In this document: positions 18,197 through 26,254 of the stretch, piece by piece
Position numbering within the stretch: position 1 is the first letter of the stretch
Layout: every line of letters starts with the position of its first letter
NCBI GenBank assembly: GCA_003565295.1
Contig: PXCO01000129.1
Span: 45,929 to 109,928 of the forward strand
Direction of reading: 5' to 3'
DNA length: 64,000 nt
Source: Cyclobacteriaceae bacterium
Lineage (GTDB): Bacteria; Bacteroidota; Bacteroidia; Cytophagales; Cyclobacteriaceae
Made by a program: the position numbers and the translations under genes
The notes under the pieces: model-generated
What the model saw: the letters and a program-made list of their open reading frames with translations, nothing else
The model's database searches: none
What the model was told of the DNA's origin: nothing

Positions 18197-21100
18197 ATGC
18201 AAAATTCCATGAAAAAGGCCCAAACTTTCAAAAGCACCTGTTCCTACTGCGGGGTAGGATGTGGGATTATCATCCAAAAAGACAAATACGGGAAGATAAA
18301 AGTGAAGGGCGATCCTGGTCATCCCGTGAACAAAGGGATGCTATGCTCCAAGGGAAAAAACCTCAACTATGTCGTGAATGATACCCACGACAGGCTATTA
18401 TATCCGCAAATGCGTTGGGGAAAGCAGCAGCCTCTGGAGCGCGTGGACTGGGAGGTGGCCATGGAAAGGGCCGCGGCGGTATTCGGTACCATTATCAAAA
18501 AATATGGACCAGATGCTGTGGGTTTTTACATTTCCGGCCAATGCATAACCGAAGAATATTACCTGATCAACAAATTGGTAAAAGGTTACCTTAATACCAA
18601 TAACATTGACACGAACTCAAGGCTTTGTATGAGTGCCGCAGTGATGGGGCATACTAAGGTGTTCGGAGAGGATATAGTACCGGTATCCTATGAGGACATT
18701 GAGCTGGCAGATTGTTTTTTGGTGACAGGCGCCAACCCTGCGTGGTGTCACCCTATCCTGTGGAGGAGAATAGAGCAACATAAGGAAAGGTATCCTGATG
18801 TAAAGATCGTGGTCGTGGATCCCAGGTACACACAGACTTGTGACCTGGCTGATCTCCACCTGCCCCTAAAACCGGGCACAGATACCACCTTGTACAAGGC
18901 CTTTGCCAGGTGCATGATAGAGGAGGGGACGGTGGATAAGGAATTTGTAGCAAAACATACGGAGGGTTTTGAAGCATATAAGGCTGCCGTGTTTGAGCGG
19001 TCGGTGGAGGAAGCTGCCGTAATCTGTGAGCTGCCCTCAGCCGATATCCGAAAAGCAGCCCGGTACATGGGCGAGGCAAAAGGATTCATTAGCCTTTGGG
19101 CCATGGGCCTGAACCAAAGCGGGGATGGGGTAAACCGCAACACTAGTCTACTGGCCCTTAGCCTGCTTACAGGACAAATCGGAAAGCCCGGTGCCGGACC
19201 ACTTTCCCTTACCGGTCAGGCAAATGCCATGGGAGGAAGGGAAGTCGGCGGTATGTCCACTTTGCTGGCTGCCCATAAGCGCCTGGACAACCCCAAGCAT
19301 AGGCAGGAGATTGCCGATTTTTGGGGAGTGGAAGCCATACCCTCGAAACCGGGGCTTACCGCCACCCAAATGGTGGAAGCCTTGGAGCAGGGCAAACTAA
19401 AGGCGATTTGGATCGTGTGCACCAATCCCCTGATAAGTTTACCGGATAGCAGTAGGGCGGAAAAAGCCCTGAAGAACGCAAAGTTTGTGGTGGTGCAGGA
19501 TATCTCCCAAAAAGCCGCCGCCATACCCTTTGCGGATCTGGTGCTACCCGCTGCAGGCTGGGCAGAGAAGGAAGGGACAATGACCAATTCCGAGCGTAGG
19601 GTAAGTCATTTGTCCAAAGCTGTGGAAGCCCCCGGGGAGGCATTGCCTGATGTGGAAATCATCAAGCACTTTGCTCAAAAAATGGGTTTTGAAGGTTTTG
19701 GTCATGGGCATCCCTCGGAAATCTTTGCAGAGCATGCCGCACTTACCAAAGGGTCCAATATTGACATTTCCGAATTGACCTATGAAACCCTCATGCAAGA
19801 GGGTAGTGTACAATGGCCCTTCAGAAAAAGTGAAAGAAATTCCAAAAGACCATTTTCTGATGGGCGATTTCCCACGGCATCGGGTAGGGCAAGATTTCTG
19901 CTGGATGGCCCCCAGTCCAACCCCGAAACCCCGGACCCACAATATCCTCTTGTATTGACCACAGGCCGTATCCGGGACCAATGGCATACCATGACCAGAA
20001 CAGGGAAGGTAAATGGGTTAGGCCAGCACATCCCCATCCCTTTTTTGGAAATTCATCCCGATGATGCCCGGATTCGGGGCATAAAGGAGGACAAACCCGT
20101 GATCATCAGGGGGAGAAGAGGGGAGGTAAAGGTAAATGCCAAGGTGACTGAAACCATCAAAAAAGGGGTGGTATTTTTGCCCATGCACTGGGGGAAATTG
20201 ATGGGAAAGGATTTCGCCCGTACCAATAATCTCACGGGAAATGATATAGACCCTGTTTCCAAACAGCCGGACTTTAAGTTTTCAAGAGTGGAGGTTGTCC
20301 CTTTCCAAAAACCCCCTCAGCGCATTGTGGTGATTGGGGCCGGGGCAGCGGCTTACCGATTTATCCAAACCTACAGGGAATTAAATGAAGGGGACGAGAT
20401 CCTCGTGTTTTCACAAGAAGAACACCCTTTCTACAACAGAGTATTGCTCCCCGATTATGTAAGCAGCCATAAAACTTGGGAAGAGCTTCAAAAATTCAAA
20501 AACGGGGAAATCGAAAAGTTGAACATAAAGTTATACGTGGGCAACGGTATTGCAGCCATTGACAAGGAGCACCAAATGGTGGTGGATGAGAAGGGCAGGG
20601 TATACGCCTATGACCTGCTGATCATTGCCACTGGCAGCCGGGCATTTGTGCCACCGGATGCTCCCATGCATTTACCGGGCGTGTTCACCATGAGGTCCAG
20701 GCATGATGCGGATAGGTTGGTGAAAAAGCTGGATACCAACAGCCATGTATTGATTGTGGGCGGAGGTCTGCTGGGCTTGGAGCTTGCCGCCTCCTTGCGG
20801 GAAATAGATATTGAGGTGTCCATCGTACAGCTTGCCTCCCGGCTGATGGAAAGGCAGCTGGACCCCCTGGCAAGTTCACTGCTCAAGGAAAAAATGGAGG
20901 AAATGGATGTGAAAGTTTACCTTAACAATCAGGTGGACCGTATAATTGCTAAAGATAGTTTAGAGGTTCGCTTGAAGGGCGGGAATAGCGTGACTTGTAC
21001 ATCCGTGGTGTATGCCATAGGCACCCGGCCCAATGTGGAACTGGCCAGGTCGGCAGGCCTGCAATGCGGCGTGGGGGTAAAGGTAAATGCCCACCTTCAA

Positions 21101-21715
21101 AGCAGCGACCCAAGGATATTTGCCCTAGGGGAAATTGCGGCATTCGAACAAAAGCTAAGTGGTATCACCGCTGCCGCCGAACAACAGGCAGATGTGGCTG
21201 CCCGCTTTATCAACGGTGATTGCTGGAGCCTATACAAGGGAACAATTCCCATGAACATCCTTAAATTTGCCGACTTGGACCTCTGTTCCCTGGGTATGCC
21301 GGAGGTTCCGGCCCAGGCGGATGGTTATGAGGAGGTGGTGCTTATTGATACCGCACAGACATATTATAAAAAGTGCATCGTGTACCAGGACAGGCTGGTA
21401 GGGGCTATATTGATGGGGGATAAGTCTGAATTTGCCACCTTCAAATCCTATATTGAAGAAAAGGTAGAACTCTCGGAGCGAAGGAAGGAACTGCTCCGTG
21501 GTGGCACCACCAAAGCGGCTCCGGTGGGCAAAATAATTTGTAGCTGTGGCAATGTGGGCAAAGGCAATATTCAAAAAGCTATAGAAGAAGGGGCTACCGA
21601 ATTCTGGAATCTTTGCCAAAGTACAGGGGCAGGACTGGGTTGTGGTTCATGTAAACCCGAAGTCAAGAATTTGTTAAACCAATTGTGTAAATTGCCCGAA
21701 ATGAGTGAGGGATGA
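18197..21715 (+). CDS. nasA: Assimilatory-type nitrate reductase: molybdopterin (MopB) catalytic domain fused to a NirB-like FAD/NAD(P)H flavoprotein with a BFD-like [2Fe-2S] domain
   Basis: 1,172 aa. N-terminal C-x2-C-x3-C-x27-C [4Fe-4S] motif (CSYCGVGCG...CSKG) and no Tat signal. Two dinucleotide folds after aa ~700 ('VVIGAGAAA', 'IVGGGLLGLE'). C-terminal 'CSCG...CGSC' BFD-like motif. Confidence 0.85.
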   Translation: MQNSMKKAQTFKSTCSYCGVGCGIIIQKDKYGKIKVKGDPGHPVNKGMLCSKGKNLNYVVNDTHDRLLYPQMRWGKQQPLERVDWEVAMERAAAVFGTIIKKYGPDAVGFYISGQCITEEYYLINKLVKGYLNTNNIDTNSRLCMSAAVMGHTKVFGEDIVPVSYEDIELADCFLVTGANPAWCHPILWRRIEQHKERYPDVKIVVVDPRYTQTCDLADLHLPLKPGTDTTLYKAFARCMIEEGTVDKEFVAKHTEGFEAYKAAVFERSVEEAAVICELPSADIRKAARYMGEAKGFISLWAMGLNQSGDGVNRNTSLLALSLLTGQIGKPGAGPLSLTGQANAMGGREVGGMSTLLAAHKRLDNPKHRQEIADFWGVEAIPSKPGLTATQMVEALEQGKLKAIWIVCTNPLISLPDSSRAEKALKNAKFVVVQDISQKAAAIPFADLVLPAAGWAEKEGTMTNSERRVSHLSKAVEAPGEALPDVEIIKHFAQKMGFEGFGHGHPSEIFAEHAALTKGSNIDISELTYETLMQEGSVQWPFRKSERNSKRPFSDGRFPTASGRARFLLDGPQSNPETPDPQYPLVLTTGRIRDQWHTMTRTGKVNGLGQHIPIPFLEIHPDDARIRGIKEDKPVIIRGRRGEVKVNAKVTETIKKGVVFLPMHWGKLMGKDFARTNNLTGNDIDPVSKQPDFKFSRVEVVPFQKPPQRIVVIGAGAAAYRFIQTYRELNEGDEILVFSQEEHPFYNRVLLPDYVSSHKTWEELQKFKNGEIEKLNIKLYVGNGIAAIDKEHQMVVDEKGRVYAYDLLIIATGSRAFVPPDAPMHLPGVFTMRSRHDADRLVKKLDTNSHVLIVGGGLLGLELAASLREIDIEVSIVQLASRLMERQLDPLASSLLKEKMEEMDVKVYLNNQVDRIIAKDSLEVRLKGGNSVTCTSVVYAIGTRPNVELARSAGLQCGVGVKVNAHLQSSDPRIFALGEIAAFEQKLSGITAAAEQQADVAARFINGDCWSLYKGTIPMNILKFADLDLCSLGMPEVPAQADGYEEVVLIDTAQTYYKKCIVYQDRLVGAILMGDKSEFATFKSYIEEKVELSERRKELLRGGTTKAAPVGKIICSCGNVGKGNIQKAIEEGATEFWNLCQSTGAGLGCGSCKPEVKNLLNQLCKLPEMSEG

Positions 21716-23160
21716 GTGATAATCAAGCCATGGAAAAAGCAGACCTGGTACGGGTGTTTGTGAAAGGGGGCATTATTTCGCCAGGGGATTTTCAAAAGAT
21801 CATCCAAACCGCAAGGTCCTTGGGTGCCTCCTATATTCATTTAGGGTCCCGGCAGGATATATTGTTCCCTCTGAAAAACAAGGACATTCAAGTGCTGGAT
21901 GAGACCTTTAAGTCCATTCAGACCAACTATGATACCGATGGGGAGTCCTACCAAAACATTGTAAGCTCCTTTACCGCTTTGGATGTGATGCCCACCACCC
22001 ATTGGTTGGCTTCCCATATCTACCATTATATATTGGATACCTTTGATTATCAGCCCAGCCTGAAAATCAATATCGTTGACCCGGTGCAGACGCTGGTTCC
22101 TCTTTTTACCGGAAACATCAATTTTGTAGCCGCCAATAAGGAGAATTATTGGTTTGTGTTTTTAAGGTTTTCCGAGATTTCCCCCAGTCCCTGGTGTGCC
22201 CCGGAGTTGGTGTTTGGGTACGACCTGGCGCATCTGGCCAAGGCATTGGAAGCCATCAGGCCACAGGAGGCGGGCCTGAGCTATGAAAGGGTGTATGAAA
22301 AAGCCAGAAAACCCCTAAAGATCAATGTGCAAGCTATAGATCAGGAATTGAATTTCCCAGAAGCCACTTCCCCTTACTATGAAGGGATGAACAGGGTGGC
22401 TGGTGGCAAGTATTGGTTGGGGCTGTATTGGCGGAATAACCGTTTCAGCATTGACTTTTTAGAGGCATTATGTGCACTGTGTTTGACCACCACCATTGGT
22501 AAGCTGAGCCTTACCCCCTGGAAATCTTTGATTGTAAGGGGTATTGCCGAAAAGGACAGGCTAAGTTGGGAGAAATTGTTGGGCAAGTTCGGCATCAACA
22601 TACGCCATAGTTCCCTGGAGCTCAACTGGCATTTGCCGGTCCTGGAAGAGGAGGCCCAGGAGATCAAGAATTACCTGGTCAGGGCGCTGGATAAGCAGGA
22701 CATCAGCACCTATGGGCTTTCGTTCTCGATCAAGGTGTCCCCCAAAATGGTGTTGTTCACCTCCATAGTGATTGAGAAAAACCTGGGCGAAAATGGTGAA
22801 GGGAAAAGCAGGACCTTTAACATCATGTATTCCAAGGATTTCAACCCCAACCTGATGGAATATAGCTATTTTGTCAAGGGTGTTCCTTTGGAGACCCTGC
22901 CTGCCTTGTTGATTCAATTAAGCCACCTTTACTATGATCAATTGGATGTGAAGAGGAGGGGGGAGTACCCTGAGCCGGGCAAATTGACCAAGCCTTTGGG
23001 CTACAAGAAATACCAGTGTTCCAATTGCCTGACGGTTTACAACGAGGAGTACGGGGATCCCGGTTCCGGAGTGGAAGCAGGCACCTCTTTTTCCAAATTG
23101 CCCACGGATTATTGCTGCTCCGTATGCGACAGCCCCAAGTCTGCTTTTAGGTTGATTTGA
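21712..23160 (+). CDS. Protein with two nitrite/sulfite-reductase ferredoxin-like half-domains and a C-terminal rubredoxin domain; no siroheme/[4Fe-4S] Cys motif
   Basis: 482 aa. 'VRVFVKGGIISPGDFQKIIQTARSLGASYIHLGSRQDILF' and 'GLYWRNNRFSIDFLEALCALCLTTTIGKLSLTPWKSLIVRG' resemble NIR_SIR_ferr half-domains. C-terminal 'YQCSNC...GTSF..LP.DYCCSVC' is a rubredoxin knuckle pair. The start overlaps the nas stop (ATGA). Confidence 0.6.
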   Translation: MSDNQAMEKADLVRVFVKGGIISPGDFQKIIQTARSLGASYIHLGSRQDILFPLKNKDIQVLDETFKSIQTNYDTDGESYQNIVSSFTALDVMPTTHWLASHIYHYILDTFDYQPSLKINIVDPVQTLVPLFTGNINFVAANKENYWFVFLRFSEISPSPWCAPELVFGYDLAHLAKALEAIRPQEAGLSYERVYEKARKPLKINVQAIDQELNFPEATSPYYEGMNRVAGGKYWLGLYWRNNRFSIDFLEALCALCLTTTIGKLSLTPWKSLIVRGIAEKDRLSWEKLLGKFGINIRHSSLELNWHLPVLEEEAQEIKNYLVRALDKQDISTYGLSFSIKVSPKMVLFTSIVIEKNLGENGEGKSRTFNIMYSKDFNPNLMEYSYFVKGVPLETLPALLIQLSHLYYDQLDVKRRGEYPEPGKLTKPLGYKKYQCSNCLTVYNEEYGDPGSGVEAGTSFSKLPTDYCCSVCDSPKSAFRLI

Positions 23161-23389
23161 ATTTTGGCTGGCAATGTCCCGGCAGGCTTAAGGTTCTTTT
23201 AGGACAAATTCCCATCCACACTTGAAATTAAATCATTGCTTATGGGAATACAAACGCTTATTCCCGGAGATAATTAAAAAGTGAAAAAGCGGCCTGCTAG
23301 CCCATAAAAAGTTTTTTGGCTTTGGATATATGTGAAATAACCGCAATAACTGCGGTTAGCCAGTAGTTTGAGTAGTTGTACTAAATTAT

Positions 23390-23645
23390 ATGAGCGACCC
23401 CAAACAAATTGAAAGACCTTTTTTTCTCTGACGTAGAAAAGCTATTTTCCGGATATGTAGAATATTACGGTGGTAGTGTTGTTGACAAATTGGAAGAGAA
23501 TAAAACTGACCGGCAAAATGCGGACTTCCTTTTTGAACAGCCAGAAATTGTAGCAGAACTAAAAACATTTGAACAAGACGTTTATGGAGAACCAGAAGGT
23601 TTTTCACGACTAATGGTGAAAAGTGGATTGAAAAAGGTTCGATGA
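23390..23645 (+). pseudogene. Gene remnant: frameshifted and truncated fragment with a PD-(D/E)xK-like nuclease motif
   Basis: ATG at 23390 opens a 13-codon frame that stops at 23429-23431. A T7 run (23419-23425) separates it from the 78-aa frame, and a -1 change restores P-F-F-S-D continuity. The fragment ends abruptly before GC-rich repeats. It contains 'ADFLF...IVAELK'. Confidence 0.4.
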
Positions 23646-23670
23646 CTGGGGGATGATTATCTTGGGCATT

Positions 23671-23725
23671 CGAAACGAGTCCCCCGATCCCGATAGAATA
23701 CGGGACGGGGCAGGCAGGGGCAGGC
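23671..23725. repeat. GC-rich repeat, left flank of the AT-rich orphan ORF
   Basis: cgaaacgagtc + hairpin-prone cccccgatcccgatagaatacgggacgggg + a GGGCAGGC doublet (23708-23715, 23718-23725). The doublet is the inverse of the GCCTGCCC doublet at 24663-24690. The 'gaaa(n)cgag(y)c' leader is shared with copies A and B. Confidence 0.6.
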
Positions 23726-23780
23726 TATCCGACCTTCGGTGCGGGACAAGTTATGGCTATAAAAAGCAAATTATAATCAT

Positions 23781-24545
23781 ATGAAAAAGGTTTATTTAAA
23801 AGAAAAATCTGAATTCCTTGAAAGAAATAAGGCTTTCGATACTGAAATATTCACAGAGGAATTGGTAAAGGATTTGCCAGTGCCAATAAAAAAATACCTT
23901 CGAGTTTGTGGTTATATGAATACACCTGTGCCGGTAAATGCCAATGTTTACTGGACTGAAAGTTGGTTGAAAATGTCGCCGGAAAAGGAGTGGGGTAAAT
24001 TATATACCTCACAGTTTAATTCCGTAAAACCCATAGGACGACTGGCGTATATGAAGTTTTCATCGATGCCCGTAGCAGCTCGAGACCTATATAGGGATGG
24101 TTATGGCGAAATGAATGGTAAGCTCCTGAATTTAATAAAAGTTGTTTTTGACAACAGCAAGGAAACAGCACAATCGGCCCTGATAACGACATTCTGCGAA
24201 TTTATGTTTATTCCCGGCTACCTTTTATTGGATAATGTAAAATGGGAACTGATAAATCAATCTTCAGTTCATGGAACACTTTTCGATAATGGTATTGAAG
24301 TTTCGGGAATTTTTTTCTTCAACCAGGAAGGCTTGTTTACGCACTTTGAAACAAATGACCGATATTATTCTACAGGTAAAAACACCTACAAGAAAGTTAA
24401 ATTTTCAGCTTTTGTGGATAGCTACAAAAAGCAAGGAAATATAAAAATATGCGAAAAAGTGAAGATTGTTTGGCATTTACCCGAAGGCGATTATGAGTAT
24501 TATAAAGGGATTGTTGATAGCATTGAATTTAATGTAAATGAATGA
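23781..24545 (+). CDS. Hypothetical protein (254 aa), AT-rich orphan ORF flanked by inverted GC-rich repeats
   Basis: Long uninterrupted ORF with an ATG start, visibly more A+T-rich than neighbouring genes. No catalytic motif that I can name with confidence. Confidence 0.6.
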   Translation: MKKVYLKEKSEFLERNKAFDTEIFTEELVKDLPVPIKKYLRVCGYMNTPVPVNANVYWTESWLKMSPEKEWGKLYTSQFNSVKPIGRLAYMKFSSMPVAARDLYRDGYGEMNGKLLNLIKVVFDNSKETAQSALITTFCEFMFIPGYLLLDNVKWELINQSSVHGTLFDNGIEVSGIFFFNQEGLFTHFETNDRYYSTGKNTYKKVKFSAFVDSYKKQGNIKICEKVKIVWHLPEGDYEYYKGIVDSIEFNVNE

Positions 24546-24587
24546 CATTTAACGTGAACGCATAACGACAACTAAGTTTCCCCTACA

Positions 24588-24724
24588 AGGTGGAACCGCC
24601 TGGAGGGCGATTAGATACTTTCACACAGGGTTTCTTTATAAAAACACAGGTGATATTCGTTTGCCTGCCCTGAGCCTTCAGGGCCTGCCCTGAGCAATAA
24701 TAGGTGGCTAAACCGATTAGATTT
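24588..24724. repeat. Composite repeat, right flank of the orphan ORF
   Basis: Direct repeats aggtgg..aaccg..cgattagat (24588-24616 and 24702-24722) bracket a tandem gcctgccctgagc doublet (24663-24675, 24683-24695). The doublet forms the hairpin ccctga-gcct-tcaggg. Confidence 0.6.
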
Positions 24725-24861
24725 CATTAAAATGAGACTATTGACAAATTGATTATCTATCCTTTTTCCGAATTTGTGGACTACAACTTATGGCTTGTCC
24801 AGATTTTTGAAATCAATTTAACACCCCAAAGTCAATATCTACTCTTGACCCGGCACCAAGT

Positions 24862-25314
24862 ATGCCTGGTATGGAATCATTTGATTACGCCTTTAATGAA
24901 GGGCAGTTGTTGGGCGAAGTGAGTACGGCTTACAGCGCTGAAGGTGAAGGAGATCACCCTAGAAACCTTTCTGCCAAACTTGAAATTCATGAAATGGACA
25001 ACGGAATGGCAAGAGTGACGGTGACTTTGGAAAACGGAATCGATGGGATGGAGTATCCTGTACATGCCCATGATGCGGCAGACCCCTCTACTACCCCAAA
25101 CGGGACGCCCTATTTGGAATCCCCTAACGGAGATGTATTTGCAGGGATGATTTCCATTGCTAATGGCAGTGGTACCAAAACGATGGAAACCACGGTCAAT
25201 TATGATTTCCTAATGAATGAATACGAAGGTTTTTTTGTGGTACATGACCCCACTCAGGATATAAGTACCACCGATTTAACCACTTATTTGATTTTGGGAT
25301 TATTTGCAAGGTAG
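24862..25314 (+). CDS. Hypothetical protein (150 aa), possibly N-terminally truncated
   Basis: ORF with an ATG start but no signal peptide or recognisable N-terminus. The frame is open back to a TGA at 24808. Contains 'YPVHAHDAADP'. Family not recognised. Confidence 0.4.
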   Translation: MPGMESFDYAFNEGQLLGEVSTAYSAEGEGDHPRNLSAKLEIHEMDNGMARVTVTLENGIDGMEYPVHAHDAADPSTTPNGTPYLESPNGDVFAGMISIANGSGTKTMETTVNYDFLMNEYEGFFVVHDPTQDISTTDLTTYLILGLFAR

Positions 25315-25499
25315 GTTTGATGGTAAAATTATCCTTTAAACCAAGGGTTTAATTGACAACCTGACCTAATACGGACTAGTGTTATGTTAACCAAATTATG
25401 GACAAATATCTTTCGCAGATATTCGCAGAAGACCTCCGCAGTTCACAAGTTACTCAGCAGGAATCCGACCATCAATTTATTTTAATGTGACACTAGGAC

Positions 25500-25533
25500 A
25501 AAAAAACCGCCTTTATTTATAAGGCGGTTTTTC
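25500..25533. terminator. Bidirectional Rho-independent terminator-like hairpin
   Basis: A-run, then stem aaccgcctt / aaggcggtt (25505-25513 / 25521-25529), then a T-run. Lies between convergent genes. Confidence 0.7.
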
Positions 25534-25826
25534 TAAAAAATAAGACCTAATCCACCTCTATATACCTTGCCCTCACTGGTTCCAGTCCGGATTTCCACCA
25601 GGAAAAGGACGGCCTGTGATGAATTTTGCGGGGAAATGTGGATTTTTTACCCTCCCTTTTCCTGACAGGTACTGAGAAAAATCTTTTCAATTGCCAAATC
25701 TCACCACCGCCCCCGCGAAAAACCCAACTTTACAAGGAAGGTATAGCCGGACACCTCTAAGCTGTTGCCCGCTCCGGAGCTCTACCAATGGTTTGCGCCC
25801 AGGTGGGTAATGGGTCACATAACAAC

Positions 25827-26225
25827 TCACTCAGGATGAGATTTTTTTTCCATAAGGGACTTTTCTTCCAGTAGTCTTCCCCTGTCCACCGCCTTCCAGA
25901 ATTCTTCCTTGCTTTTTGGAACTAGCCTTTCCCATTGTCCCAATACTTTTTCTGGCATACTTTGACTCTTTTGGAGTAAATAATAAAATAATTCCTCAGG
26001 GGAATAGTGCTCCCTATACGCCGGCATGACCTCTGCCGATTGGGACATGCAGGTGTTGCCATCACCTTTGGCATTAGCACTTAAGCCTAACTTTATAAAT
26101 AGGGCTTGTTTAAGGGAGGGGAGATAATGGGCATCAGCTAATTTGGACTTGCAGTAGTCAAAATAACCGGCCAGGGAAATGGAATCATCAGTAGGATGGA
26201 TTAGCTTTTTTAATGTACAGTTCAT
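25827..26225 (-). CDS. Hypothetical protein (132 aa)
   Basis: ORF 29 nt downstream of, and co-oriented with, the AraC regulator gene. No recognisable motif. Confidence 0.45.
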   Translation of the reverse strand: MNCTLKKLIHPTDDSISLAGYFDYCKSKLADAHYLPSLKQALFIKLGLSANAKGDGNTCMSQSAEVMPAYREHYSPEELFYYLLQKSQSMPEKVLGQWERLVPKSKEEFWKAVDRGRLLEEKSLMEKKSHPE

Positions 26226-26254
26226 GCCTTAAGATACTAAAATGGCCGTTAACT

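Noticed and set aside
24790-24864. In-frame TGA (24808-24810) between an upstream ATG (MACPDF*) and the 150-aa ORF, as a possible selenocysteine or read-through site
   Set aside because: The upstream peptide is only six codons with no signal-peptide character. No SECIS-like hairpin follows the TGA, and the context looks like a truncated gene rather than recoding.
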